The translations under genes were made by a program, and so were the position numbers. DNA of 64,000 nucleotides from NCBI GenBank assembly GCA_963812015.1, contig CAWETI010000002.1, forward strand, positions 224,001 to 288,000, given 5' to 3'. This document shows positions 50,400 to 59,976 of the stretch, one piece after another. Source of the DNA: an uncultured delta proteobacterium (GTDB taxonomy: Bacteria; Desulfobacterota; Desulfobaccia; Desulfobaccales; 0-14-0-80-60-11). The notes beneath the pieces are model-generated. The model saw nothing but the letters and a program-made list of their open reading frames with translations. It was not told the DNA's origin and ran no database searches. Every line of letters starts with the position of its first letter. Position 1 is the first letter of the stretch.

Positions 50400-51800
50400 A
50401 TGACCACCGCCCCCAAACCCATCCGCATCGCCATCGTCTTGAACGGCGAGGAATTCATCTGCCACCCGGTCACCTTGCCCTTTTCTGTGGAGGGCTACCC
50501 CCCGGTGGACCTGGTCTTGTACGGCGCCAAACCCGAGGCCTTGGGCGGTTTATCAATCAACCTCTTGCCGGATTTGCATCCGGAGGGGTTCGACCTCATC
50601 CTGGACGGACAGTTCATGACCGCCAGGCTTCCGGCGTTTTCGCCGGACCGGGTGGAGAACCTCATTACCGGTCCCGTTGCCCGCTTCTTGAAAGGGCTGG
50701 TCTGTCAGCTTCAGGAGTTGCGCCAGAAGCAGGAGATCAACTCCGGCATCATCAACAGCGCCACCGACGCCATCATCACCATCAACGAGGACCACGTCAT
50801 TGTCGGTTACAACCGCGGGGCGGAGCAGATGTTCGGTTACACCCGGTCAGAAGCCCTGGGCCAGGACTTAGCCATCATCATTCCTCCGCCTTATAAAGCC
50901 AAACACCGGGAGTACGTGCGGCGCTATGTGGCCACCCGGGAGGCCCGGATGATCGGCAAGCACGCCCGTCTCAGCGCCCGGCGCCGGGACGGCCGGGAAT
51001 TTCCCATCAGCATCTCCTTTTCCGTGGCCGAGATTCGGGATAACCTCTATTTCACCGGCATCATTCGGGATATCACCGAATATAAGGCCATGGAAGACCG
51101 GGTGCTCCAAACCGAGCGCCTGGCCGCGGTGGGCAATACCGTGACCCATATTGCCCACGAAATCAAAAACCCCCTGCTCATCATCGGGGGGTTCGCCCGG
51201 CAGCTTCTCAAGATCCCGGACCTGGACGACAAGTCCCGCCATAAGCTGTCCATCATGGCCGAAGAGGTGAGCCACCTGGAGGAAATGGTGGCCGAAATGC
51301 GGGATTTTGTCCGCCGGCCGCCGGCCCAGAAGCGTCCCGGTCGGATCGGCGACGCCCTCACCGCAGCCCTGGAACTGTTCCAGGATACCTTTGCGGAGCA
51401 TAATATCCAGGTGCGCCGGGTGGAGGAAACCCCGCTGCCGCCCGTGACCTTCGACCCCCAGCAGGTGCACCAGGTCCTCATCAATCTGCTCAAAAATGCC
51501 CTGGAGGCCATGCCCCGAGGCGGGGAGATCACCATTACCAGCCGGGTCCGGGAGGCCAAGGCCGAAATCAGCATCGCCGACACCGGCGAGGGCATACCGC
51601 CGGAGGTGGCGGCCAATATTTTTCAGCCTTATTTCACCACCAAGGAAAAAGGGACCGGGATCGGGCTGGCCATCTGCCAGAGCATCATCCAGGAACACGG
51701 CGGCGTAATCCAGGTTGACAGCACCCCGGGCCGGGGGACCACCTTTACCATCCAGCTCCCCCTGGACGAGGCGCCGGTGGCGGATGAGGCTACGAATTAG
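50400..51800 (+). CDS. Cytoplasmic PAS histidine kinase, copy 2 (tandem paralog)
   Basis: Colinear with copy 1 over its whole length, with long identical stretches. Confidence 0.93.
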   Translation: MTTAPKPIRIAIVLNGEEFICHPVTLPFSVEGYPPVDLVLYGAKPEALGGLSINLLPDLHPEGFDLILDGQFMTARLPAFSPDRVENLITGPVARFLKGLVCQLQELRQKQEINSGIINSATDAIITINEDHVIVGYNRGAEQMFGYTRSEALGQDLAIIIPPPYKAKHREYVRRYVATREARMIGKHARLSARRRDGREFPISISFSVAEIRDNLYFTGIIRDITEYKAMEDRVLQTERLAAVGNTVTHIAHEIKNPLLIIGGFARQLLKIPDLDDKSRHKLSIMAEEVSHLEEMVAEMRDFVRRPPAQKRPGRIGDALTAALELFQDTFAEHNIQVRRVEETPLPPVTFDPQQVHQVLINLLKNALEAMPRGGEITITSRVREAKAEISIADTGEGIPPEVAANIFQPYFTTKEKGTGIGLAICQSIIQEHGGVIQVDSTPGRGTTFTIQLPLDEAPVADEATN

Positions 51801-51929
51801 CGCGCCGGCGACTTTTTGTGATAGATTGAGGCCGGGGCGCGCCTGTGGGTGCGCCACTCCGATGATAAGCTCTAGTGTCATGTCCCGGGGGTATCTTACA
51901 ATTTCCGACTGCCATTCCCGGAGGCTGTT

Positions 51930-51957
51930 GTAGGGGCGGTTCGCGCACTACCCCTAC
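51930..51957. repeat. GTAG-type REP
   Basis: GTAGGGGCGGTTCGCGCACTACCCCTAC. Confidence 0.65.
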
Positions 51958-52078
51958 AAAGACCTCTCAAACAAGGGCAAATATTTTTTAAAGATATATC
52001 TGGGACGCAACACCCGTATCGTGGTGCATAAATTTTATGATATGAATCCGGCCATAAGATGAATTTTGGGTGTTTCAA

Positions 52079-52163
52079 GTCCCTCTTTGAAAAAGGGGGA
52101 TTTAGGGGGATTTCGAACGGTCATAAAAATCCCCCCTGGCCCCCTTTTAGGAAAGGGGGGTAA
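52079..52163. repeat. Family B palindromic repeat
   Basis: CCCTCTTTGAAAAAGGGGGATTTAGGGGGATTT...AATCCCCCCTGGCCCCCTTTTAGGAAAGGGGGG. Confidence 0.7.
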
Positions 52164-52254
52164 AAGACCGCTTTTTCATTGTTACCTTAATTTTGAGACA
52201 CACCACTAAAGCGCTAAGGGTCTTTGACCCGGTACGCCAGGTAACCGGTCCCTC

Positions 52255-53274
52255 ATGATGAATATATCGCCTGGTTTCCCCGGAGACGCCTCACCCACCC
52301 CCTGGCTCAACCCTGCCGCCCTGCTGAGCGTGCGCGACCTCACGGTCAATTTCGCCGCGGAACGGGGCTTGGTCCAGGCCGTGGCCGGGGTGAGTTTCGA
52401 TCTGGCGTCCGGCGAGACCCTGGGCCTGGTGGGGGAATCGGGCTGCGGCAAGACCGTCACCGCCATGTCCATCCTGCGGCTGCTCCAGACTCCTCCGGCG
52501 GAGGTGACCGGCGAGATCCGCTTTCAGGGGGAAGACCTGGCCCGCTGCCCGGAGGCCCGTATGCGCCAGATCCGGGGCAACCGCATCGCCATGGTCTTCC
52601 AGGAACCCATGACCGCGCTCAACCCGGTCCTCACCATCGGCGAGCAGGTGGCCGAGGCCCTGCGCCTCCACCGGGGCTTATCCCATCCGGAGGCCTGGCG
52701 GGAAGCGGCCGCGGCCCTGGCCCGGGTGGGCTTCCCCGATGCGGGCCGGCGTTTGGGGCAGTATCCGCACCAGCTCTCCGGGGGGTTGCGCCAGCGGGCC
52801 CTCATGGCCATGGCCCTGGCCTGCGACCCCGAACTGCTCATCGCCGATGAGCCCACCACCGCCCTGGACGTGACCATCCAGGCCCAGATCCTGGCCCTGC
52901 TGGCCAAACTCAAGGCCGAATTGGGCCTGGCGGTGTTGTTCATCACCCACAACCTGGGGATCGTGGCCCAGACCGCCGACCGGGTGGCGGTGATGTATGC
53001 CGGGGTCATGGTGGAGGAGGCCCCCACCCCGGAACTCTTCCGCGCCCCGTCCCACCCCTATACCCAAGGACTCCTGGGCTCGGTGCCCCGGCTGGATTTC
53101 CGGCATCCTCCCGGGGAGAGCCTCGCCGCTATTCACGGCCACCTGCCGGCGAAGCCCCCTTCGGGCTGCCTCTTTCGGGACCGCTGCCCCCTGGCCCATG
53201 ACCGCTGCCGGGAAGCCCCCCCCTGGGTGGAGGTGACCCCCGGCCATACGGTGCGGTGTTGGAATTATGTCTGA
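52255..53274 (+). CDS. Oligo/dipeptide ABC transporter ATPase (OppD/DppD-like); start uncertain
   Basis: GESGCGKT, FQEPMTALNP, YPHQLSGG, HPYT, C.F..RC tail. Confidence 0.92.
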   Translation: MMNISPGFPGDASPTPWLNPAALLSVRDLTVNFAAERGLVQAVAGVSFDLASGETLGLVGESGCGKTVTAMSILRLLQTPPAEVTGEIRFQGEDLARCPEARMRQIRGNRIAMVFQEPMTALNPVLTIGEQVAEALRLHRGLSHPEAWREAAAALARVGFPDAGRRLGQYPHQLSGGLRQRALMAMALACDPELLIADEPTTALDVTIQAQILALLAKLKAELGLAVLFITHNLGIVAQTADRVAVMYAGVMVEEAPTPELFRAPSHPYTQGLLGSVPRLDFRHPPGESLAAIHGHLPAKPPSGCLFRDRCPLAHDRCREAPPWVEVTPGHTVRCWNYV

Positions 53275-54226
53275 ACTGCTAAAGGCCCAAGATTTAAGCT
53301 GCTACTTCCGCCTGGCCGGTCCCTGGGGCCGGGGGCCGGTGCTCAAGGCGGTGGACGGGGTGAGCTTCGCCCTGACCCCCGGGGAAACGTTGGGCCTGGT
53401 GGGGGAGTCCGGCTGCGGCAAATCCACCCTGGGCCGCCTGGTCCTGGCCCTTTTGCCTCCCACCCGGGGCCGGATCGTCTTCGCCGGGGAAGACCTGGGC
53501 CACATCTCCCGCCATCGTCTCAAGGAGCTGCGGCGCCAGATCCAGATCATCTTCCAGGACCCCTATTCTTCCCTTAACCCCCGCATGACCGTGGGCCAGA
53601 TTTTGGAAGAGCCCTTTGTCATCCATAACCTGGGGCGCCGCCCGGAGCGCCGGGCCTGGGTGGAGGAGCTCCTCGGGGAGGTGGGGCTCACCCCTGACGT
53701 CGCCGACCGTTATCCCCACGAATTCAGCGGCGGCCAGCGCCAGCGCCTGGGGATCGCCCGGGCCCTGGCCCTCAAACCCCGGCTCATCGTGGCGGACGAG
53801 CCCGTCAGCGCCCTGGACGTCTCCATCCAGGCCCAGATTCTCAATCTTCTGGCGGAGCTGCAACAGCGCCACGGTCTCACCTATCTGTTCATCTCCCACG
53901 ACCTGAGCGTCATCTCCCAGATCAGCAACCGGGTAGCAGTGATGTACGTGGGCCGGCTCATGGAGATGGCCACCCGGGAGGTGTTGGCCGCCGCCCGGCT
54001 CCACCCCTACACCGAGGCCTTACTCGCGGCAGTGCCCCGGCCCACCCCGGAGCGGACCTTCAAGCCCCCGGTCCTCAAAGGGGAGCCCCCCAGCCCGGTC
54101 AACGTCCCCCCGGGCTGCCCCTTTCATCCCCGTTGCCCCGAAGCCCAAATGCCCCTCTGCGGCGAAACGGTCCCGTCCTTCAGGGAGACCGCCCCGGACC
54201 ATTGGGTCGCCTGTCACTTCCGCTGA
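53267..54226 (+). CDS. Oligo/dipeptide ABC transporter ATPase (OppF/DppF-like)
   Basis: GESGCGKS, FQDPYSSLNPR, YPHEFSGGQRQR, GCPFHPRC. Confidence 0.93.
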   Translation: MSELLKAQDLSCYFRLAGPWGRGPVLKAVDGVSFALTPGETLGLVGESGCGKSTLGRLVLALLPPTRGRIVFAGEDLGHISRHRLKELRRQIQIIFQDPYSSLNPRMTVGQILEEPFVIHNLGRRPERRAWVEELLGEVGLTPDVADRYPHEFSGGQRQRLGIARALALKPRLIVADEPVSALDVSIQAQILNLLAELQQRHGLTYLFISHDLSVISQISNRVAVMYVGRLMEMATREVLAAARLHPYTEALLAAVPRPTPERTFKPPVLKGEPPSPVNVPPGCPFHPRCPEAQMPLCGETVPSFRETAPDHWVACHFR

Positions 54227-54670
54227 GGGCAGCCTAAGGGAGAAAATTGCCTGGCGGCGGGGGGGCCCTACGGGGGTCCTGACTCTGAAAAAATCTCCCC
54301 CCCATTCCGAAAGCCCTGATTCGGCGACTTAGATCATACCCGCACCTACTCATTTCTTTTCCCTACAAAAAAAATTTCCTCTATTACCCTGCACGAAGAT
54401 GGCAGGTGCAGGTCGTCACGGTTTGCCCAGGGGGCACCATTGCCGGAATTCCCTGAAACGAGAGATATAATCGCCACTTGGAATTAGACTGCCGGGCCGG
54501 CAGGGCACCTAACATTTGGCGCCGAAACGTATCTAAGCTGTTAAGAAATGATGAGCTTGACCAGGTCACTTTGGCGTTGAAGTCACAGCAAGAAGAACGC
54601 TTAAGACTAAAAGCCACGCCGGAGACTGATCCCTCATCATGGGGAAAAAAATACACCTTGAGAGGTCTAT

Positions 54671-55114
54671 ATGAAAAAGTTAAGTTTGATCCTCGTCCTA
54701 TCAATTTTGCTGACTGGGGGCGCAATCGGCGCAATGTCTTCACTCTGTCATGCCCAGGTCTATGTGCCTCCGCCCCCGCATCCTGTCGCGACACCTTGGG
54801 TTGGCCCTAATACGCCGTGGGTCTTTTACAATGGGGATTGGTTTTTAAATGGCATGCTGTATTATTTTTTCGGCAATAGATATGGATGGGCCCCATATTA
54901 CGCTTATGGTCCCACCTATATTGCCAGACCCACTAACTGGTATGCGCCGCGGTGGAATGCGTGGTATCAGAAACATCCTAATTACTGGGATAATTTTCAT
55001 CGCAATTATCCCTATTGGCGCGGGCATCAATATGGTCGTCATTATGATGAACATTTTTATAATACGTACCATCGTGGCCAAGGCGGAGGTTGGCATAAAG
55101 GATTCCATGATTAA
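54671..55114 (+). CDS. Secreted Trp/Tyr/His-rich protein of unknown function
   Basis: GAGG ribosome site, signal peptide (MKKLSLIL...CHA), aromatic-rich mature part; AT-richer DNA. Confidence 0.75.
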   Translation: MKKLSLILVLSILLTGGAIGAMSSLCHAQVYVPPPPHPVATPWVGPNTPWVFYNGDWFLNGMLYYFFGNRYGWAPYYAYGPTYIARPTNWYAPRWNAWYQKHPNYWDNFHRNYPYWRGHQYGRHYDEHFYNTYHRGQGGGWHKGFHD

Positions 55115-55198
55115 ATCTATAATCGAGCCCACCCGGATGGACGCCGCTAAGGAGGAGTATGGGTAAGAACGAAGAACCCTAATTAACCAAACTTAAAT

Positions 55199-55240
55199 CG
55201 GGAGGACAATCCTTTCTGAGGATTGTCCTCCCTTTTTTAT
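55199..55240 (+). terminator. Intrinsic terminator
   Basis: GGGAGGACAATCCT-loop-AGGATTGTCCTCCC-TTTTTT. Confidence 0.85.
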
Positions 55241-55524
55241 TAAGGGAGTTTTTATTGATCTCACAGGTTAAAAAATATAACTATCGGATATCATATGCGG
55301 ATAATAATTTTCACCGCCATTCAAAATCCTCCAGGGGTTCTGAGCCGGCGCCGCAAAAATGCCGGTGATCGCAGATATTGTTATGCCGGGAATCTGGGAA
55401 AAACTTGGTTTTTCCTTAAATAACGTGCTATCCTCCTTCCCGGGAGAAGGGGGGCAGATCACAGGCCATCAACCCCTAGGCGGATTCAGGAGGAAAAATT
55501 GTTCAGGTTAAAGGGGAGAAAATC

Positions 55525-55833
55525 ATGTCAAAGAATCTATTACTCATAATATTAGTGGGTATATTGGGGGGGTGTTCTGTCAATAATACTGTCGGGCAAA
55601 AATTTGACACTACCGCAGTAAATAGAATTGAACTTGGCAAAACCACAGAAAATGAAGTTATTTCTATGTTGGGAGCGCCAAGCTCGGAAAAAAAGCTCGA
55701 TAATGGAATGGTTGTTTATTATTATTCCTATGGAGATAAAAAAGATTTCGGGGCGGATAGTGCAGTTGATTCCTTGCAAATACAATTATATAATGGGGTT
55801 GTTGTAAATAAATGGCAAAGACTGGCGCATTGA
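55525..55833 (+). CDS. Small lipoprotein, BamE/SmpA-like fold
   Basis: Lipobox LGGC; I.LGKTT..EV...LGAP; AT-rich. Confidence 0.75.
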   Translation: MSKNLLLIILVGILGGCSVNNTVGQKFDTTAVNRIELGKTTENEVISMLGAPSSEKKLDNGMVVYYYSYGDKKDFGADSAVDSLQIQLYNGVVVNKWQRLAH

Positions 55834-56142
55834 TGAAGATATAGTAACGTCTGGCGGGACGTATGATGCCCTCTCAGCAAGGCAGGCTCAGACAGCTTGA
55901 AGGGGAGAATAGCAAGCTGCGCTATAGATATTTGAGTAATTAACGTTTCCTGCCGGTTAAACCGAAGCAATATATTTCACCATGGTTATCAAAAAGATAG
56001 CTCAAAACGCCCCCCAGCCGAAACGTGGCAGAGCCCCTGATTTATCGTGATCCAATCCCCTGTCCTGGCCAATCCCCCTGACCTGAAGGATGGCCCGGAC
56101 CGGGGCCGGGGGGCCACACCTCGATCCGGGTAAGGGTAGGAT

Positions 56143-56922
56143 ATGGCATTGCACTATGCTATCATCGGCTTGGCTGCGTTCCTGGCCTCGGGTCTGACCC
56201 TGTTCTCCGGGTTCGGCCTGGGCACCCTGCTGTTGCCGGTCATGGCCCTGTTTTTCCCCATCGATCTGGCCATCGCCCTCACTGCCGTGGTCCACGCCCT
56301 GAACAATCTCTTCAAATGCTGGCTGTTGGGCCGGCATGCCGATAGGGCCGTGGTCCTAAAATTCGGCCTCCCCGCCATCCTCAGCGCCATGCTGGGGGCC
56401 CGGCTGCTCCTGTATCTGTCCGACCTCCAGCCGCTGCTCCATTACCAGCTTTGGGGCCGGGAAGCTTACGTCATGCCGGTGAAGCTGGTGGTGGCGGCCC
56501 TCATGGTGGTCTTTGCCCTGTTCGAGCTGGCGCCGCGCCGCGCCCCCCTCGCCCTGACGCCCCGGTATCTCCCCCTGGGCGGGGTGTTGAGCGGCTTTTT
56601 CGGGGGCCTCTCGGGGCATCAGGGGGCGCTCCGTAGCGCCTTTCTCATCAAGGCGGGGCTGACCAAGGAAAGCTTCATCGCCACCGGGGTGGTGATCTCC
56701 CTCCTGGTGGATATCCCCCGGATCGTTTTGTATGGGGTGAGTTTGCCGGAGCTGCACCTGATGGATAACCGCCTGCTGCTGGCCACCGCGGTCCTGGCCG
56801 CCTTCGGGGGCGCCTGGCTCGGGAATCGCTGGCTCAAAAAAGTGACCCTGCGCCTGGTCCAGTCGCTGGTGGCCGTGATGCTCCTGGGCATTGCCGCGGC
56901 TCTGGGGACCGGCCTGATTTAG
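56143..56922 (+). CDS. TauE/SafE (TSUP) family transporter
   Basis: FSGFGLGTLLLP, GFFGGLSGHQGALRS, multiple TM segments. Confidence 0.88.
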   Translation: MALHYAIIGLAAFLASGLTLFSGFGLGTLLLPVMALFFPIDLAIALTAVVHALNNLFKCWLLGRHADRAVVLKFGLPAILSAMLGARLLLYLSDLQPLLHYQLWGREAYVMPVKLVVAALMVVFALFELAPRRAPLALTPRYLPLGGVLSGFFGGLSGHQGALRSAFLIKAGLTKESFIATGVVISLLVDIPRIVLYGVSLPELHLMDNRLLLATAVLAAFGGAWLGNRWLKKVTLRLVQSLVAVMLLGIAAALGTGLI

Positions 56923-57003
56923 GGATTTGTTTCATTAGTTTCATTAGAGACTGGAGGCGGGCCTGGCGTATCTTAGCGTGGCGTCTAACCGGGAAGGACT
57001 CTG

Positions 57004-57672
57004 ATGCCTTTACCTGCAAATTTTCGGGCTGAGCATCTCGAACCGCCGCCCTGGCTTTACGCCCGCCTGGCCCAGGGTTCCTTGATGCGCCTGATCTACC
57101 GGCTGTTTGTGGCCGACCTGGCGGGGGGCCTGCCCCGGGGGACCCGCCTCCTGGATGTGGGCACCGGCCCCGGCTATCTCCTGGGCTATCTGGCCCGGAC
57201 CCGCCCGGACCTCAACCTCTGGGGCCTGGATTATGCTTACGACATGATCCGCCGGGCCCGGCCCCGGCAAAGGGGCCTGGCCCCCCAGGCGAGGCCCCGG
57301 TGGGTGGTGGCCGACGCCTGCCGTCTGCCGTTTCCCGACGGAGTTTTCGGCCAGGTTATCAGCACCTTCAGTTTCCACATCTGGCCGTGCCCCGTGGCCG
57401 GCCTGCAGGAGCTGCGGCGCATCCTCCAGCCGGGGGGACGGGCCTGGATCTATGAACTGCGCCGGGAAACCTCGCCCCGGGAGCTGCGGGCTTTCGCCCG
57501 GGAGACCGGACTGCCTTTCCCGTTGGTCTACCTGGGATTTCAAGCCGTGCGCTGGCACCATGCCCTGCCGGCGAGAGAATATGCCCACCTCCTTCAGCAG
57601 GCCGCCGGACCCCGGGGGACCCTGCGCCCTGCGCACCACATTTTCTGGCGGGCCGAACTCCAATCGGCCTGA
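57004..57672 (+). CDS. Class I SAM-dependent methyltransferase
   Basis: LLDVGTGPG, GLD...M, DACRLPF, STFSFH.W, RILQPGG. Confidence 0.88.
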   Translation: MPLPANFRAEHLEPPPWLYARLAQGSLMRLIYRLFVADLAGGLPRGTRLLDVGTGPGYLLGYLARTRPDLNLWGLDYAYDMIRRARPRQRGLAPQARPRWVVADACRLPFPDGVFGQVISTFSFHIWPCPVAGLQELRRILQPGGRAWIYELRRETSPRELRAFARETGLPFPLVYLGFQAVRWHHALPAREYAHLLQQAAGPRGTLRPAHHIFWRAELQSA

Positions 57673-57675
57673 GCT

Positions 57676-57879
57676 TCAGGGCTTCACCAATTCGAACCCC
57701 GCCGCCTTGATCACCCGGTCTAGGTCTCTCTGGGGGATGGGGGTGGAGTTATCATAGGTCACCCGGCCGCTGGCCAGGTCCACCTTAACGTCGCTCACCC
57801 CCGGCAGACTCGCCACGGCCCTGGTTACGGCGGCGACGCAGTGGGCGCAACTCATTCCTTTAACCGTAATCTCCGGCAT
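57676..57879 (-). CDS. copZ: Heavy-metal-associated (CopZ-like) chaperone
   Basis: GMSCAHC motif, 67 aa; AGGAG ribosome site before ATG 57879. Confidence 0.85.
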   Translation of the reverse strand: MPEITVKGMSCAHCVAAVTRAVASLPGVSDVKVDLASGRVTYDNSTPIPQRDLDRVIKAAGFELVKP

Positions 57880-58208
57880 CAGTCTTCTCCTGATCAAATT
57901 GTGGGGGACCGGCGGCCACCGGGCCGCCTGATCCAGCACCCAGGTATAGTGTAATCATTTTATGGGGGTTGGCAAAGGCCGGCGGGTTATTCCGGGCTTT
58001 CCCGGGGGGGCGCCCGAAAAAAATCCTGGCGGACCGGGCCCGCTGGATCGGTCATGCCAGACCCATCCATTACCGGGACCAGGGCCGCCAGGGCGCCAGG
58101 GATAAGAAAGAGGGGCAAAAACCCCGTGAAACAGGTCCCCCTCAATGCAGGAGAACCCAGCCAGGTCGGGGGACGAGATTCCTGCCGGCTGGCCAACCTG
58201 CCGCCCCC

Positions 58209-58250
58209 AAACAAAAATCCCCAATTCCCTGAACCTGGGAATTGAGGATT
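58209..58250 (-). terminator. Terminator of the riboswitch expression platform
   Basis: Minus strand AATCCTCAATTCCC-AGGTTCA-GGGAATTGGGGATT-TTTGTTT. Confidence 0.75.
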
Positions 58251-58317
58251 GCACCCGTCTTGCTTGGTCCTCAAGTCGGCGGCCGGGCCGTGTCGCGCGA
58301 GCCCATCCGTCTATCTT

Positions 58318-58478
58318 ACAGGCAGGTCTTCTGGCTCTTGGATCACCCTAGTCCCCGGCGCCTTCCCGGGGTGTTTCGCCACCCCAGTGGCCTGATGCCG
58401 GTTTCGTCCCCAATTACAGCGGCGGGACCGCGACGGATTCGCACCGTCTTCCCTTTTATCCTGCTGAAACCTATAAGT
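58318..58478 (-). promoter_or_regulatory. Cobalamin riboswitch
   Basis: Minus strand AGGT...AAAAGGGAAGACGGTGCGAATCCGTCGCGGTCCCGCCGCTGTAA...GCCACTG...GGGAAGG...GAGCCAGAAGACCTGCC, with all B12-box hallmarks; TTGACA-17-TAAAAA promoter at 58513-58485. Confidence 0.95.
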
Positions 58479-58487
58479 GTATTCTTT

Positions 58488-59372
58488 TTATCCCGTTTTG
58501 CCTGGCGTGTCAAGGGAAATCCCCCGGCGGCCGAATACGAAGGTGTTCCGGTCCACCCCCAGGGCCTGGGCCACGGGGGCGCATTTGGCCTGGAGCAGGA
58601 ACCAGACGCGGGGGTCGCGGAGATGGCTCATGGTCTCGAAATGTCCCATGCCCTTGGCCACGATGAGGCGGGCGGCGTCATACAGCTCCCGGAAGCCGGA
58701 GCTGGCCTCGTGAAGCTGCAGCCCCACGGTCCGGGCCCCGGTGTCCACCACCGGCTCCAGGGCGTCTTTAAGGCCCGAGGCCGCCAGATCTGCGCGGGTG
58801 AGATCGTTCTGGATGGGACCGCCCTTCACCACGTAGAGCACCCGCCCCCCCCGGCGGCGCAGGGCCGACACCAGGGGGCGGTCGAAGAACTGCTCCCCGG
58901 CGTTGTCCGCCAGGAAGAGGATAAGACCGGGAGGGCCGGCAAGCTCCCGGCGAAAGTCCGGCACTGCGGCTAGGCCGAACTCCACCCGGGCCAGCATCTC
59001 CCGGGCCACTTCCGCTTCGCCCCGGAAAAAATCCAGGGCATTGCCCACTGCGGCCAGACGGAGGAGTGACTCCAGGTCATCGCCGTAAGCCGGAGCCAGA
59101 CGCCGGTGCATCCGGGCTGCCAGGGCGGTCTCCGAGGCCTTCCGGGCCGCGAAGGGATCGGCGTTCCCGGAGATGTCCCGGATGGCGCCAAGAACCCGAT
59201 TGGCGATGGCGGCGGGGATGGCGTCCGGGACAAATTCCTGGTCCAGGAGGCGGCGGGCGGCTTGGCGGGCCTGGCGCTGCACCGCCGGGTCCGGAGTGGC
59301 CAGCTCCACGGTGAGAGCCACCAGTCGCTCCAGACAGGCATAACACTCGGGACGAATGGCCATGGGGCGCAT
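58488..59372 (-). CDS. ARMT1-like / DUF89 damage-control phosphatase
   Basis: C..C at N-terminus, DPF..RK, GNALD, ADNAGE, VKGGPIQND, AKGMGHFE, AKC.PVA. Confidence 0.9.
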   Translation of the reverse strand: MRPMAIRPECYACLERLVALTVELATPDPAVQRQARQAARRLLDQEFVPDAIPAAIANRVLGAIRDISGNADPFAARKASETALAARMHRRLAPAYGDDLESLLRLAAVGNALDFFRGEAEVAREMLARVEFGLAAVPDFRRELAGPPGLILFLADNAGEQFFDRPLVSALRRRGGRVLYVVKGGPIQNDLTRADLAASGLKDALEPVVDTGARTVGLQLHEASSGFRELYDAARLIVAKGMGHFETMSHLRDPRVWFLLQAKCAPVAQALGVDRNTFVFGRRGISLDTPGKTG

Positions 59373-59433
59373 GGTTTTTCCTGGTCAGTATCGGCTGCCC
59401 GGGGAGAGTGAGGCGAATCAGGAGCCTTTTAAA

Positions 59434-59610
59434 CTATTCGGATGGTTGATGGTGCTGCTTGCGTTTGAGCAGCCAGTGGTTGAAGATCAGCAGATAAGCA
59501 TAACCGCATCGCCGACAGAGGTAATGCTTGCTGCCGGGTATGCGGCGCATCCAGGGTTTACGCCGGATTCTGGTTAAGGTCTCTTGGCAGCCGGGGCAGT
59601 CCCGGGGCAT
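59434..59610 (-). CDS. 58-aa basic zinc-ribbon protein (not in ORF track)
   Basis: MPRDCPGCQETLTRIRRKPWMRRIPGSKHYLCRRCGYAYLLIFNHWLLKRKQHHQPSE*; GGTG upstream. Confidence 0.65.
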   Translation of the reverse strand: MPRDCPGCQETLTRIRRKPWMRRIPGSKHYLCRRCGYAYLLIFNHWLLKRKQHHQPSE

Positions 59611-59976
59611 ACTATCACCAATCCATCAATTTTTTAGGAGTATATCCCTGGCGCTTCCTGTGCCTGGATCACGCCCGGGTTCGCCTGGCGGTAATCCGCC
59701 GGGCGGTGCGGCATCGGTCCAAAAACCCCGCGGTCTGGCGCTTTGGGGCCCCCTGAGCCGGATAAATCAGACTGAAGGACGTAATGTTCCCGGGGCTCTT
59801 GATTAATCATAATGAAGCTTAAGGGAAAATTATGCAATAAAATTGCCACGCCAGAAAACCAGCCGCCGGCAACTTCAAGGAGGTTGACGGCGAGCCCGGG
59901 TCAATCCGATAGCGAGGCCCCGCCGCAGGTGCCGCCCTTGCCAAGCCAGGCGGATTGGTCTATATTTCCGGGAAGA

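Noticed and set aside
54384..54810. ORFs 54384-54794 (-) and 54478-54810 (+), or a c-di-GMP riboswitch upstream of 54671
   Set aside because: The ORFs overlap the better-supported 54671 gene and have no motifs; no GEMM consensus is visible.
57955..58973. ORFs 57955-58254, 57987-58274 and 58242-58973 as the riboswitch target
   Set aside because: They overlap the terminator or aptamer, or lie on the wrong strand, and lack ribosome sites and protein-like features.
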